Shown here one piece after another: positions 1-12,105 of a DNA stretch of 64,000 bases; positions within the stretch are counted from its first letter, which is position 1; each line of letters starts with the position of its first letter. The translations under genes and the position numbers were made by a program. The notes under the pieces were generated by a model, which saw only the letters and a program-made list of their open reading frames with translations, searched no databases and was not told the origin of the DNA. The DNA is from Octopus bimaculoides. Taxonomy: Eukaryota. Location of the stretch: the NCBI RefSeq assembly GCF_001194135.2, contig NC_068988.1:13535459-13599458 (forward strand), read 5' to 3'.

Positions 1-59
1 GGCTGTTCTTTTGATTGGATGAACTGGAACATTCATTGTTGTAACTGATAGAGTGCCAG

Positions 60-127
60 TTTATAGCTCCAGGTTGACCAAAACCTTGTGAGTAGATTCG
101 GAAAATGGAAACTGAAAGAAGCTCATC

Positions 128-168
<41 letters not shown>

Positions 169-520
169 TGTGTGCATGCACACGTATGCATATGAGTTTA
201 TATTTTCCATATCTTCATATGCTTTGCTGGTTATAAACAATGGCACACTGAAGGTATTGCTTGCATTCCACCATGAAAGCATGTCTGAGCTTCTTGGCAT
301 GTTGCATGATCTTTGCAAACAAAAGGTTCATTCAAACCATGTCATTTGTTCCCAGGCCTCTGCATAAACATATCCAGGCTGTTTGTTGTTATTACCTTGC
401 TTGGAAACAGGTGAGAGTTGGTATTAGGAAAGGTATTCAACTACAGAAAACTCTGACCCAATGTACTTATGTCTGACCCAGGCAAGCACAGAAAGGTAGC
501 TATTAAGATGATGATAATGA
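60..520 (+). mobile_element. Old SINE B with tail Y, duplicated-module subfamily
   Basis: CORE-adjacent ACCTTGTGAGTAGATT...GGAAACTGAAAGAAGC (85-123), internal (TG)n, then TTACCTTGCTTGGAAACAGGTGAG...GATGATGAT, matching the reverse complement of the copy at 56765-57175. Confidence 0.75.
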
Positions 521-3500
521 ATGACACTGATGATTTTATTTAGTCATTGCTATTTATCTGCCTCTTTCTCTCTTTTACACATACATCAGGGTTACTATAT
601 ATTCTCAGAAAAAGAAATATGACAGAGTAGTAGATGCTAGAATCAACAAAATTCTTGTGTTAATTTTCCTGCAGGTTTGACATCATTTATATGATAAATT
701 TTGCAGAAATTACTATCAACATTTAAAACAATGCTTCATGATGTACTAAATGTAAATTTAAATGTAGATCTTTAAAGTAAAATTTATTCTAATTTCAATT
801 ATAGTAACCATTTGAAAACACAAATAATTAAAAATATTTTCTTTTCTGTCTAATCAAAAATGTAATTAAGTCAGAAATTTGTTCAGTAACTATAGAAATC
901 CATATGAATTAATATTCACAATATATGAACTATTCAAAAGAACTGTCAGCAAAATATGAATATATGTCTAACTGTAAATTATAGCAATAAAAAATATTAT
1001 GGATAAATTATCTGGATAAAAATAATTTATTCATTAAGTTTATAGCAGATTCAATATTAATTATATGATATAAAATTGTTCATGATTCAATAAAAAAAAA
1101 AAGAAAAAAATTGTTGCCCTACGATTATTTAAACTGAATCTGCTGATACATTCAGGAAAAAAAAAATCATATATAACTAATAGATTGTGTCAGACTGAAT
1201 GAAGCACATATTGAATGTGCTTTAAAACAATAGTATTGTAATTGCAGAAGTTACAAGGTGTCACATATAGTAAATATTGATAAAGAGCTAAATAAAAATA
1301 ATCAATTATGAGCATTGAATATGATCAATATATGTAAGTATGTGTACAAAAATAGAGACAGGAAGAGAAATCTATAAAAGCATATGTAGATACCAAATTA
1401 TCTCAGTGTAAAAATAGCATCTTATAATAGAATTTGGTCAGTTAATATCTCTTCATAATGATTCCATACTGAGAGGAGATATGGCAAAAAGTGAATAGGT
1501 AAAAAAAAAAAAAAATTCCAAAAAAGAATGGATGGCTGTCGGAAAATGCTAATCAGTAGGAAAGTTGCAAATGTCAGTATATTTAACCTTTATGATCGTA
1601 TTAAGCTGAAATGCATAGCAACTAAATCAAGGGTGCCCTATGAATGAATGAATGATTGAAGTATTCAACTTGATTAAGGATTGGTTAATTAGTGACCTTG
1701 AATTATTTAGAAAGACACATCAATTAGAAATTTAGTAATGATAATTATTTTATAGAATATGACTATTTCAGAGGTAAGTGCAAAAAATTAAAATTATAAA
1801 TAAAATACAGTAAGAACAAAACAATATATATGCATAATATATTTTGCAGATAGCAAAATTCATATTTGTATGTACAATGTTTGTTGGACAAATAAATGAA
1901 GTTTGAGGTTTCAGAAAATGATTGCTAATCCTATTAACACTGGCTCATAATGCTATAGTTAATTGGGAAGGTAGGTAGTGTAAAAATTATGTACATGCAG
2001 TCAGGTGAGAATTAATAATAATATGTATGTTAACTTTGTTTTGTACACACATCTCAATATTACTTGACACAGAGAATAGAAACAACTTGTAAAGGAAAGT
2101 ATAACATAAATTACTTACTTTTTACACTAAGCATAGCAAAATGTGTTTTAGTAATAATTGGAAAACTAAATTTTCCCGTAGATTTGAATGCATGGTTTTC
2201 ATGACAAAAAGCCGAACTGGCTTTAGCATAAATGCAGTAAAACACCAAGTAGAGAGCGAGAGAGAGAGAGAGAGAGAGAGTGAGCAACAGAGCGGATATA
2301 GGTGGATTATATTAGAAATATGACTAAAGAGAAATTAGGCTGATAAAAACTATAAATCCTGTCCCCCACTTCCAAAATCATTAAATTTACCTCCGACTTT
2401 CATATCAGTACCCACTATTGACTGTCTTAAACTGTACTGGTTTCTCCTCAAAATAGGCAACTCATTTCTTCTGTATGACAGATAATAAAGAGTGACAAGC
2501 TCTGCAGACAGACTCTGAATGATATATGTATACATATATATGTATATATCTGCACTACTTACATTAGTAAAACAATGGTTACCTTGAAAAAGCTTATCCA
2601 ATCTATAACAGACATGCTTTCCATTAAAAGTGTTTCATGTCAACATGATACAGAGATCAATGATAGAAAAAGATCAATAGAGAATCTCCATATACAGTCC
2701 CTCATTTTTCCATTTTGACGACTCATTTTGTCATAACTTACAGTATTAATGAAGCTGATACATAAAACAATATCAGAGATTATTTGAAAATAATTAAATA
2801 AATAAGTAAAATAGAATTAGCTAATTATTCTATATCTAGTTATACAAAATAAAAAGGAAGAGGAGGAAACATGACTAAGGAAAGCTTAAATAATATACAT
2901 TATATATATTTCTGAACACATTGATTACACACACGCATGAAGATTTAATTTATTCTCTGACCAGATACTTCCAAGTAATATATTCCTTTATGTTAATTGT
3001 ATATGAATCTATATTATGTTTAACTTAATTTTAGCAACACATTAATATCTATATTCAGCTAAAGATATCAGAAGAGGTACACAAACATATAAATTATTCA
3101 ATCATTTATAAATCTCTTTAGTTTCTCTAATGGCATTATGAAGAAACTGGACTAATATGCAACAATATAAATCTTTCATTATTGTTAGATTTTATTTTCT
3201 TCCATTATTATTTTGCATTTGAATATTTTTCTTTTTATATATTGTCCACTACTTTTGGCTGGAATACATACAATTCCATGGATATTGATAACTGGAGCTC
3301 TACGAATTAAAACTATGCATCATAAAGCATCTCTCTCTCACATACACATACACACAATTTGCCACCAATACAGCAAAAAGTAGTTAACATTAAAAAACAG
3401 AAACAAAATGTAACCAACATATGTAAGCTAATGCATTCAAATGATAGAAAAGAAGCAGCTTCATTAGCTGATGATAATGAAACCTTTAGAAAAAAACAAA

Positions 3501-4394
3501 AACAAAACAAAAACATTCTAAAACTCAAGTTACTACAGATGCTGTAGCAAACAAGTCAGATAAAACTCAATTTTGGAAGGACACTTATGTTTATGTCATG
3601 ATAAAACACAATAAATCTTTCTTTATGAAAGAATGGCTAGTGTTAAGAATAGCATTAGTTAATATACAAAATCAATGTAATATACATTATAAAATCCCAA
3701 ATTGAACACTATATCTGAGATGTTGCATGCAAATATTGCGGATAAAAGAAGTGGCCTATTTTTCTTTTTATGTATGATGATCACCAACCTCCATTCTATC
3801 ATTAACACAATGATATTTGACTTGTTTGTATTAGATTGAATTGGACACCGAAAATACATATACAGCAGGAACACATCAAGATTCTAAGGATAAGTGAATG
3901 CTACATGTTAAAAAAAGATTATCGAAGTGTACAGCAAGAAGGATAAATAAATATGCCAGATATCAATTTTCTGACTGATAATGGTGCTACCATCTGGCAT
4001 ATTGGTCCATTCATTGTATGCAATGCATGATATTAGAGAAAATGTTAGGGAGAATGCTCTATTATACATAGTGATGGCATTAATGGTATCTGGCACTGTA
4101 AGGAGATTTTTTTATCATGAATAGAAATACTTTACAGAACTTCAGCTTATGTTGATGAGATTGACTCCCCCACTCCGTCATACAAAACTTTGGTAAAGGG
4201 ATATCTTATTTGATTACTGTTATACTAAGAAGTTGTGATGAAGCCATAAAGATAACAATTTAGAAAAATGTTAAATAAATAAAATAACATTATCTATAAG
4301 CTGTGAAATATAAGTCAGAGAGGTTCATTAAGGTGGCTGTATTTGCAATGTGGTCATATTTGTAGAGGAAAAAAACAAACAAACAAAAACTAAC

Positions 4395-4911
4395 TGGAGA
4401 TATGCTGTGCTTGAGAAGACCCAGCAAGCCATGTGAGATCATAGCTGTGGCCAATGCCTGTGTTACGTAACTGGCCCCTTTAAAAGTACCCTTCAATCGT
4501 TGGGCAGTATGCTGTGCTTGAGAAGACCAGTTGAGTCAAGAGATACTGTAGTTGTGGCTGATGTCAGTGCTGCCCAACTGGCACCCATGCTGGTGGCACG
4601 TAAAAAGCACCATTCAAGAATGGCTGATGCCAGTGCCGCCTGACTGGCACCTGTGCTGGTGGCATGTAGAAAGCACCATTTGAGTATGGTTGATGCCAGT
4701 GCTGCTTGACTGGCTCCTGTGCCGGTAGCACGTAAAAAGCAACACTTGAGCATAGTCGATGCCAGTGCCACCTGACTGGCCCCCTTGCCAGTGGCACGTA
4801 AAAAGCACCCACTATAGTCTCAGAGTGGTTGGCAGCCTCCTGGCTTGCCAGTCCTCACTCAAACCAACCAACCCATGCCAGCATGGAAAGTGGATGTTTA
4901 AACCATGATGA
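4395..4911 (+). mobile_element. 5'-truncated RTE LINE: ORF end plus 3'UTR with 66-bp VNTR and (GAT)n tail
   Basis: Begins TGGAGATATGCTGTGCTTGAGAAGAC (WRYAVLEK, the RTE ORF end also seen near 9040 and 40140) and ends AACCCATGCCAGCATGGAAAGTGGATGTTTAAACCATGATGA. Confidence 0.8.
4561..4810 (+). repeat. Tandem repeat, about 4 x 66 bp
   Basis: ATG(T/C)CAGTGC recurs at 4561, 4627, 4693 and 4759, an exact 66-bp period; units are roughly 80% identical by eye. Confidence 0.95.
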
Positions 4912-5050
4912 CACACACACACACATAAATACACACACACATTGTTATAAAAAACCTAAATATCACAGTATATTCGTTTTTAAATGGCTCATCTGATCTT
5001 ATCTCAAGGTTAACTGTTTTAGTTTCAATACACAATCTGAATGTGACCTT

Positions 5051-5160
5051 TTGGTGTGGGTAATAGGCTTGCAACCATAAGATAGGGCATTCAATTCCTG
5101 GACCAGGGGGTGCATGATTTCATCCTGCTCCAGTCTACGCAGCTGAAAATGAGTACTGTC
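5051..5160 (+). mobile_element. Degenerate tRNA/CORE-type SINE fragment (third head type)
   Basis: B-box-like GGCATTCAATTCCTGG followed by CORE-like TGCTCCAGTCTACGCAGCTGAAAATGAGTAC. Confidence 0.5.
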
Positions 5161-5317
5161 CTAGTTCTGGTGTAGCCCCCTCTTTCTCTTCAGCTGTCAC
5201 ATCCTAGATGCTTTGCTAGATCAAGGTGATAAGATGGAGTCCATGTCTGCTCATGACTACATAGGCACCTAAAAAGCATGATACAAAGCCATACTTGCTT
5301 GCAAGTAATGAATATTG

Positions 5318-5935
5318 TCATTATCATCATCATTATGGAATGTCTATTTTCCATGCTGGCATGGGTTAGATCGTTTGACAGGATCTGGCACCAATCTTGA
5401 CTGCACCAAACTCTGTCGTCTGTTCTGGCATGGTTTCTATGACTGGATGCCCTTCAAAATGCCAACTATTTTACAGAGTGTAATGGGTGCTCTTTATATG
5501 GTATCAGCAATGACAAGGTCACCATGTAACTTGCAAGACAAAAGCCCCTCAACTGGGATGGGGAGTAGTATTGAGAGAGATGGGTTTATACCAGTTGAGA
5601 AGTTAAAAAGTATAATTAAGAGATAGGGATAGGTGCCTTGCTGTAGAGGAGATTGCAGGGCTACCCCAGTTCAAAAAGAGAGAAAGATGAAGAAAGAAAT
5701 GGTGGTGGAGGGCACATTACCCTTAAGTTTACAGTGGAGTGGGAGGTATGTAAATATACTGGTATAGAGGATTGGACTGGATGAGTGGGCACAGGAAGAT
5801 GGAGATGTTTCATATGAGTGTGAGGAGAGATGGTTAGAGATGGGGTAGAGGTAACTGTAGCAAGTGATGATGAAATATAGGAGTGGCTCAAGGGAGTGGG
5901 GGAGCTATGGTAGGTATGTGAGGGCACTGAGAGTA
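5318..5935 (-). mobile_element. Non-autonomous RTE-tailed element with pyrimidine-rich 5' body
   Basis: Reverse-complement tail TCATCAT...TTTCCATGCTGGCATGGGTT, then GGATGCCCTTC...GCCAAC...CAGAGTGTAATGGGTGC motif and a long purine-rich (+) body. Confidence 0.7.
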
Positions 5936-5947
5936 ATACCAGATATA

Positions 5948-5985
<38 letters not shown>

Positions 5986-6597
5986 TACATCTTTCATTGT
6001 TCTTTATCCACTTGACCACTGATATGCTATTTCATTACAGCCTGTTAGAAGTCAGCCAGTTCTTACAGGACATTGGTAATTTTTGATGGCTATTTTTTTT
6101 TCTTCTCTTCTGTTATATGCACTCACTCTCATTACTTATTGTTATACTGTTTTTCCCAGCTACAAATTATTACACATTCTCTGTTTTACAACGGTGTTGT
6201 CATTATCTTATAATTGGTCTTTTTTTCTTTTATTCTGTCCATTTTGTCTTCATTTTGCTTTTATTGCTGTACTGTCTTGGTTGGTATTTATTGCCTACAA
6301 CCTTGACATGTTTTACCTTTTTTTTCCCCCTTTTATGTACTCTCAAATCTTTTCTCACAATTCCTCTATCTTCTATATCTTATCTCTTCAGCAATGGACT
6401 TTGCCAGAGTTTATGACTTTATACAAAAACTGGTTGATGTGTTAGTGTTGGGTTCTCTCAGCTTCATCGTTATTAATTTTATTTTGTTTCTGAAGCTACC
6501 TTGATATCTAGTTTTCTCATGGCTATATGGGTCATTCTGGTTGAAAATATATATTGAAAATCTGCATACAACATATACATACATACATAGATGCAAG

Positions 6598-6790
6598 CAT
6601 CTTTTACTTGTTTCAGTCTTTGGACTCTAGCCATGCTGCGACACCACCTTGAAGGTGATACCAGGACTTTTTTTTTTAAGTGTTACACTATTGGTCTATT
6701 TTGCTGAACTGCTAAGTTACAGGGATGTAAACATACAAACACTGGTTGTCAAGCAGAGGAGGGGGGAAACTAACACAAAGATACACAAAC
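6598..6790 (-). mobile_element. SINE B tail X fragment
   Basis: CTTTTACTTGTTTCAGTC...CCATGCTG...TTTGCTGAACTGCTAAGTTACAGGGATGTAAACA matches the reverse complement of tails at 11240-11415 and 45690-45848. Confidence 0.75.
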
Positions 6791-8368
6791 AATTACATGT
6801 ATTCTAGATGTTAGATATTATAAGTAACAGTGAGACAAAAGTGCAACAGACTCACATATCACATATATAAACTAATTTTATGTACTTGTTACAGGTTATA
6901 AATATCCTTTACTATAGTTGTTACTAAATATTGAGATTATAAAGATTGTATACAGGTTTTAATATTTATCCAGTGTATATTATACACTGCAAAGTTAGTA
7001 AAATAGTTTAGGCTACAACAAATATAGTAATAATATAGTATGTGCTATACCTATGGCTGGACAGAGATAAGTACATTTTATTTGATGTGTACTAGTGCAG
7101 CTGCAATGAAATAAATACCCAAGCCTAGGTTTGTACTCCTGTTTGCTGACATGAGACAAAAAAAAAAAGGGTTAACATCTTATTAAAAAATATTTGAGTC
7201 TCAACAGAAAAGAACACAAGCACTGAAAAGATTGGTTCTTTCTTTTATCCAGCATAAAAATGATGGGTTGGTAGACTGACCCAACAGTCTTATAAGGGTT
7301 AATTACAAATAGCCTTACCTGTCTTTTATTATAAGGAACAGAAAATCAAGCTATATTTAATTATAATAGAATGTAAATGTCAACTGAAGGAAAACCTAAT
7401 ACTCTACTTTTATGAAGAAAAAAGGCTCTCTACTTTAGGCCTGAATATCTGTAAAGAAACTTTCTTGTCCAAATCCTTAAACTAGTCAAAGTTTCTTTTT
7501 TCTCAACTTGGAATCTTTTCTCAGTTGGAAAAAGAATTTTAGTCCTATTATGTTTTATGAAGTTTTTATAGGTTACATTAGCCTCAGTTGCCAGCAACTG
7601 CAATAATAGAAAGAATTTGGCTTGATTGGAAAACTTCTTAACACTGACAAATCTTAAGCTTAAGAAAATGTTCAGAAGAAGAATAGCAAACACATCTTAT
7701 TACCAAAACTTTCGAGTTTTATACTACTACATTCATTAGCTTCTTGTCGCTTTCATTGTGAATCTTCCTCAAAACCACATTAATTGCATGTACAATCATT
7801 CTTTTCAAAAACCAAACACCATAATTAACTAAATGAATTAAATTCTGCTTGTAGTCATAATGAAAGTCTTATGTAAACTACTTTTAGTAGCTACTTTATG
7901 TCAGTGTTTTGACATACTACTAACAAGCTGAGCTGAATACAGAATAGAATATTCCAAAAACTCTTTTTAACAGCACAAACTTAGTTGAATTTGGCTCTAC
8001 ATTTAAAACATATGTAAAATCTGCATACACATCCTCAATAGATTAAATCTAAGCTGACAAGTGTGAGTGTATGCATTCATTTGTGCATGCGAATATATAA
8101 ATTTGTACATGCATAAATATACAAATATTTATAAAGTACATGAACACTTATGTATGGAAGTATTTTTGTTTAATATTCTTCTGAATTGTTTTCGTTTCAT
8201 ACAAGATAGTGTTAGAATTAGTGAAGAAATTTAAAAAATGGAGGTGCTTTAAAGTAAATCTAGCAAACAAAAAAATCTTAGTAAGAAAGAGTAGGCTCTC
8301 CAGAAATCAAGTAGCCATGTTTAATATATAGAAAAGAAGAAAGTAGGATCTTTATTCCGAGTACCCAA

Positions 8369-9065
8369 TGTAAACTGTGGGTGTACAAGAAATGAAGTGG
8401 GATTACAGGCAGGCTGACAGATGAGCAGGACCAGATACATGGTAGTTAACAACAAGAACACTCACGGAATAAATTTTTTTAAGTACTCACAGGGCTCCCT
8501 GGTGGCTGTTGGCAGTTTTTGTTACATAGAGGAGCCATTTGGCAGTAGATGGTGTTCCAAAAGCATAAAAGCCAGAGCAAGAACAAAAAGGGAAAAGTTC
8601 AGGGAGAGCTACTGCTAACAAAATAGTTCCCTTTCCAAGTGAAAGACAAACTGTATGATGCTGGTGTATGAAGTGTAATGTTCCATGGTAGAAAATCATG
8701 AGCTTTGACTGCAAAGGAGGTGCCAAGACTGGAAAGAACTGATGTGAATATCTCCACTGAATGTGAAATGTTAGTGTGCATAAAATACAGATTACAAATG
8801 AACTGAGAGAAAGTTGGATTTAAGAGGAATTAGCTGTAGAGTGCAGGAGAGAAGACTGAAATAGTACAGATCTGTGAGACATGCAGAGAATGACAGTTAT
8901 GTAAAAAGAAAAAGTGCCTAGTAATCCAAATGAAAGGAACCTGCATAAGAGGAAGCCTAATGAAGATATGGAAAGAAGTAGTGAAACTGATCTCAGGAAG
9001 CTGAACTTCATGAAAGAGATGACAAAAGAGTACAACAAATGGCAAGACACTGTGCTAGAGATCTA
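8369..9065 (+). mobile_element. Decayed RTE LINE, RT C-terminal region
   Basis: Broken translation CKLWVYKK*SGITGRLT (Cys/His insertion typical of this RTE group), SFCYIEEP, ELREKLDLRGISCRVQERRLK, DLRKLNFMKEMTK; colinear with the intact copy at 26179-26565; stops and frameshifts present. Confidence 0.85.
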
Positions 9066-9841
9066 TTCAAAAAATAATGAAATTGGTGGTGATCAGATTA
9101 ATGAACAAAAAGATACTGTTAGTGGTAGTAATTGATATTGTTGCGAGAGATAAGTAACACTATATGTAGATTTGGTTACCAAAGATTTGGTTTTGCAATG
9201 GGTATTTTTCTTCATTAAAAATGAAGATTGTGTATTTCAATCTAAAAGGAAATCTAAATGGCTATTGCATTTGGAATTGTGATGACAACAGCTATGAATA
9301 GGACCTGATATTTTAAAAGGCTGTGGAGCAAGCATATCTTTCAGGAGATGAATGCAAAGAATACATTGAGAAAAAGACTATAATAAGATGTTCACATAAT
9401 ATTCACTTGAATAAACACAGAGCATAACAGCTAAAATGTAAGGTCTTTCTAATCATATAGTATTTTAAAAATCGAGATACATATTAAAAACTAGAATTGA
9501 AAAAAAGAATGGGATTGTTTGTTAACGCCATCTAGATACAGTAAATTGACCTTCTATGATCCACAATATTAGCCAACAAGTGAACAACCTGATTAATTTC
9601 AGAGGTTGAGGAAATAGAGGATCAAGTTAATGCCTTACAGGGGCATTAGCAGAGTAGGTGAAATATCAATGATTGATAAATTGAACTTGGTTCAATAGTT
9701 TTTGATCGCTGAGAGTTCCCCCACCTATGTTACATTGCACATCTCCTAACTAACATCATGTGTTATTCAAACATCAATTATTTTTTCTGACCAACAAATA
9801 TTATTGAATTCAAAGAGAGATACACGGTAAAAAATTCTTAG

Positions 9842-9842
<1 letters not shown>

Positions 9843-9926
<84 letters not shown>
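9843..9926. repeat. Perfect (TG)42 microsatellite
   Basis: 84 bp of uninterrupted TG. Confidence 0.98.
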
Positions 9927-9934
<8 letters not shown>

Positions 9935-10462
9935 TGTGCACAAACTCATGATTACTTTGCAAAACAATGGATCAGTACAAAATCTTAAAAGCATCTGTGG
10001 GTGTCTCCAATAATGTACACATTAAACTTCATCTTATTTATGTAACATAATGGAACTAGGATTATTATTTAGAAAGGTTATCTGAGTATATAAGACAGCT
10101 GTAGTGTGCAAAGGAAAAGCAAAAAAAAAAAAAGTTCAGAGAGTTTTGCTTTTGATAAACATTTTGTCTGTCATTACTGAGTCAAGAAATGAAGAAATAT
10201 AAAGTTCAGAATATTAAGACATTTATCTGAGTGAATCTTTTTTTCCCATTGCTATTCTTACTACTACTACCACTGCTGCTACTACTGAGATTTTCTTATT
10301 TTATCAAATTTTGATGAAAGATCTAATCTCTTGTAACTTAAAAAAGTATGAATTTGCCAGGTGATGAAGACAATTGCTTTGGTATTGTCAGAAATGAGAA
10401 GTTAAATAAACTACTTCCTCTGGTAAAAGAAAATGTTAAAGAAGGTGAATTTTAAAAACTAT

Positions 10463-10498
<36 letters not shown>

Positions 10499-11035
10499 AA
10501 GTGTGTTTGTGTATAAACACAGATACATATGAATATATATGAACACAAATACACAAATAGATAGAGTGATACAAACATCTTTCTTTAAATTTAATATTTA
10601 GTTCCCCAGTTTTACATTAATCTTTAGATTTACCTTCATTGTAACATACAGATGTTACTATGTTTAGAATAGAATGTATCATATTTATCAACTGTTGATC
10701 ACAGTTGATAACATTCCCAAATATTTTGGTACATTCATTAAACATTAAACAAATGGAAGGAATATTTTTGTATTTATCTAATGCCTTTAAGATAAGCACC
10801 CAGAAGCTAAGCCTGAAACTAGATCCAAAGTTTTGTCATAAACAGACAACCACAAGTACTAATAAGAAACAAAGGATTAAAGCTTGCAAATATTGAATTA
10901 AGATATAGTACTTCAGGTCATGGCTCTGGATTTCACTATTTTATATTAATGATCTCTTTTGAAGAATCACTTCTAAATGAAAGCCATATTTGTTAACAAT
11001 TTGTACATTAAAATAACCATGGCTGCAATGAGTGC

Positions 11036-11189
11036 AACATGTTGTGATTGAGATGCTTGCTTTACAATTATGTAGTTTAGGGTTCAATTCCACTACATTG
11101 CACCTTGTCCAAGTGTCTTCTACTAGAGTCTTAGGCTGACCAATGCTTTGTGAGTGAGCTTGGTAGATGGAAACAGTGCAGAAGCCAAT

Positions 11190-11231
<42 letters not shown>

Positions 11232-11415
11232 TTCTCTCATCATTTAACAACTGGTATTAGTTTGTTTATATCTCTGTAACATAGTGCTTCGGCAAAAGGG
11301 GATGGTAGAATAAGCACTAAACTTAAAAATAAGGACTAGGGTCAATTTCTTTAACTAAATACTTTGAGGTGGTATCTCAGCTTAGCCACAGTCCAATAAT
11401 TGAAACAAGTAAAAA
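11036..11415 (+). mobile_element. Near full-length SINE B with tail X
   Basis: Head with GGGTTCAATTCCACT, CORE-like CACCTTGTCCAAGTGTCTTCTACTA, internal (TG)n, tail ending TGAAACAAGTAAAA. Confidence 0.85.
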
Positions 11416-11964
11416 AAAAAAAAATTTTTTTATATTTAGCTCAATGAAAGAAGCTGATCTTTGAAATCCAACTCAGGGAAGTGCCAAATTGTGGTAGAAA
11501 GAAGTAATTTAAAGAGATTACTACCTGCACAGACAATATATTCAAAAAGGTAAAGTTATTCTCTCACCTAACATTAAATAAAAGAACTCATCTTATCAAG
11601 TATGCTGAGGAAGCAAACTAGATAAGGGAATTACTTGATTTGAACATATACACATACAATACATATGGTCAATGCAAGCTTGGTAAAAATCCTAGAAGTT
11701 ATTGATAGAAATAGCATGGGAGTAGAAAACCGTTACTATTTATAGAAATGTAAGCATAATGCTACTGCTAAGGATGATGGTGATGATGACAGCTCTTAAA
11801 TCTTACAGCATAACACACACAAAAACAAAACAAAAACAAACAGTGAAGTAGAGGTAAGCTAAAGAGAATGAAATATTAAGATTATGTCTTAGGCTTTACA
11901 GATGAGATAATTCTGAATTGTGTGGTACAACATTTTATTATTCAAGGTTTACAAGGTGATAAAC

Positions 11965-12105
11965 TGACAATTGTTTGCATGTTGGACAAAATGCTTAGCA
12001 ACATTTCTTCTGGCTCTTCACATTCTGAGTTCAAATACTGTCAAGGTTAGCTTTGCCTTTCATCCTTACAAGGTTGACAAAATAAAGAACTAGTCAAATC
12101 TGAAA
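11965..12105 (+). mobile_element. SINE A fragment
   Basis: GGACAAAATGCTTAGC...TTCTGAGTTCAAAT...CTTTGCCTTTCATCC matches the copies at 21682 and 53805. Confidence 0.75.

Noticed and set aside
1203-1223. Short palindromes AAGCACAT-N5-ATGTGCTT, plus 58689-58723 (11-bp stem) and 63172-63190 (9-bp stem)
   Set aside because: Stems of 8-11 bp are expected by chance in 64 kb of AT-rich DNA, and there is no supporting context.
3468-3483. CTGATGA-TAAT-GAAAC hammerhead-like core
   Set aside because: No stem II can form (T opposite T) and there are no flanking stems.
4561-4810. 66-bp array as a CRISPR array or a known ribozyme (hammerhead, twister, pistol, HDV)
   Set aside because: Eukaryotic context, no unique spacers, no cas genes, and by eye the catalytic consensus and pseudoknot pairings of each ribozyme class are missing.
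4493-4812. Three minus-strand ORFs with repeated 22-aa peptides
   Set aside because: By-product of the 66-bp (3n) tandem repeat in an RTE 3'UTR.
6083-6445. 120-aa hydrophobic ORF (and similar ones at 12634-12915, 13693-13881, 16426-16782)
   Set aside because: T-rich composition or the antisense strand of a LINE yields stop-free Phe/Leu/Ile runs; no family motif.
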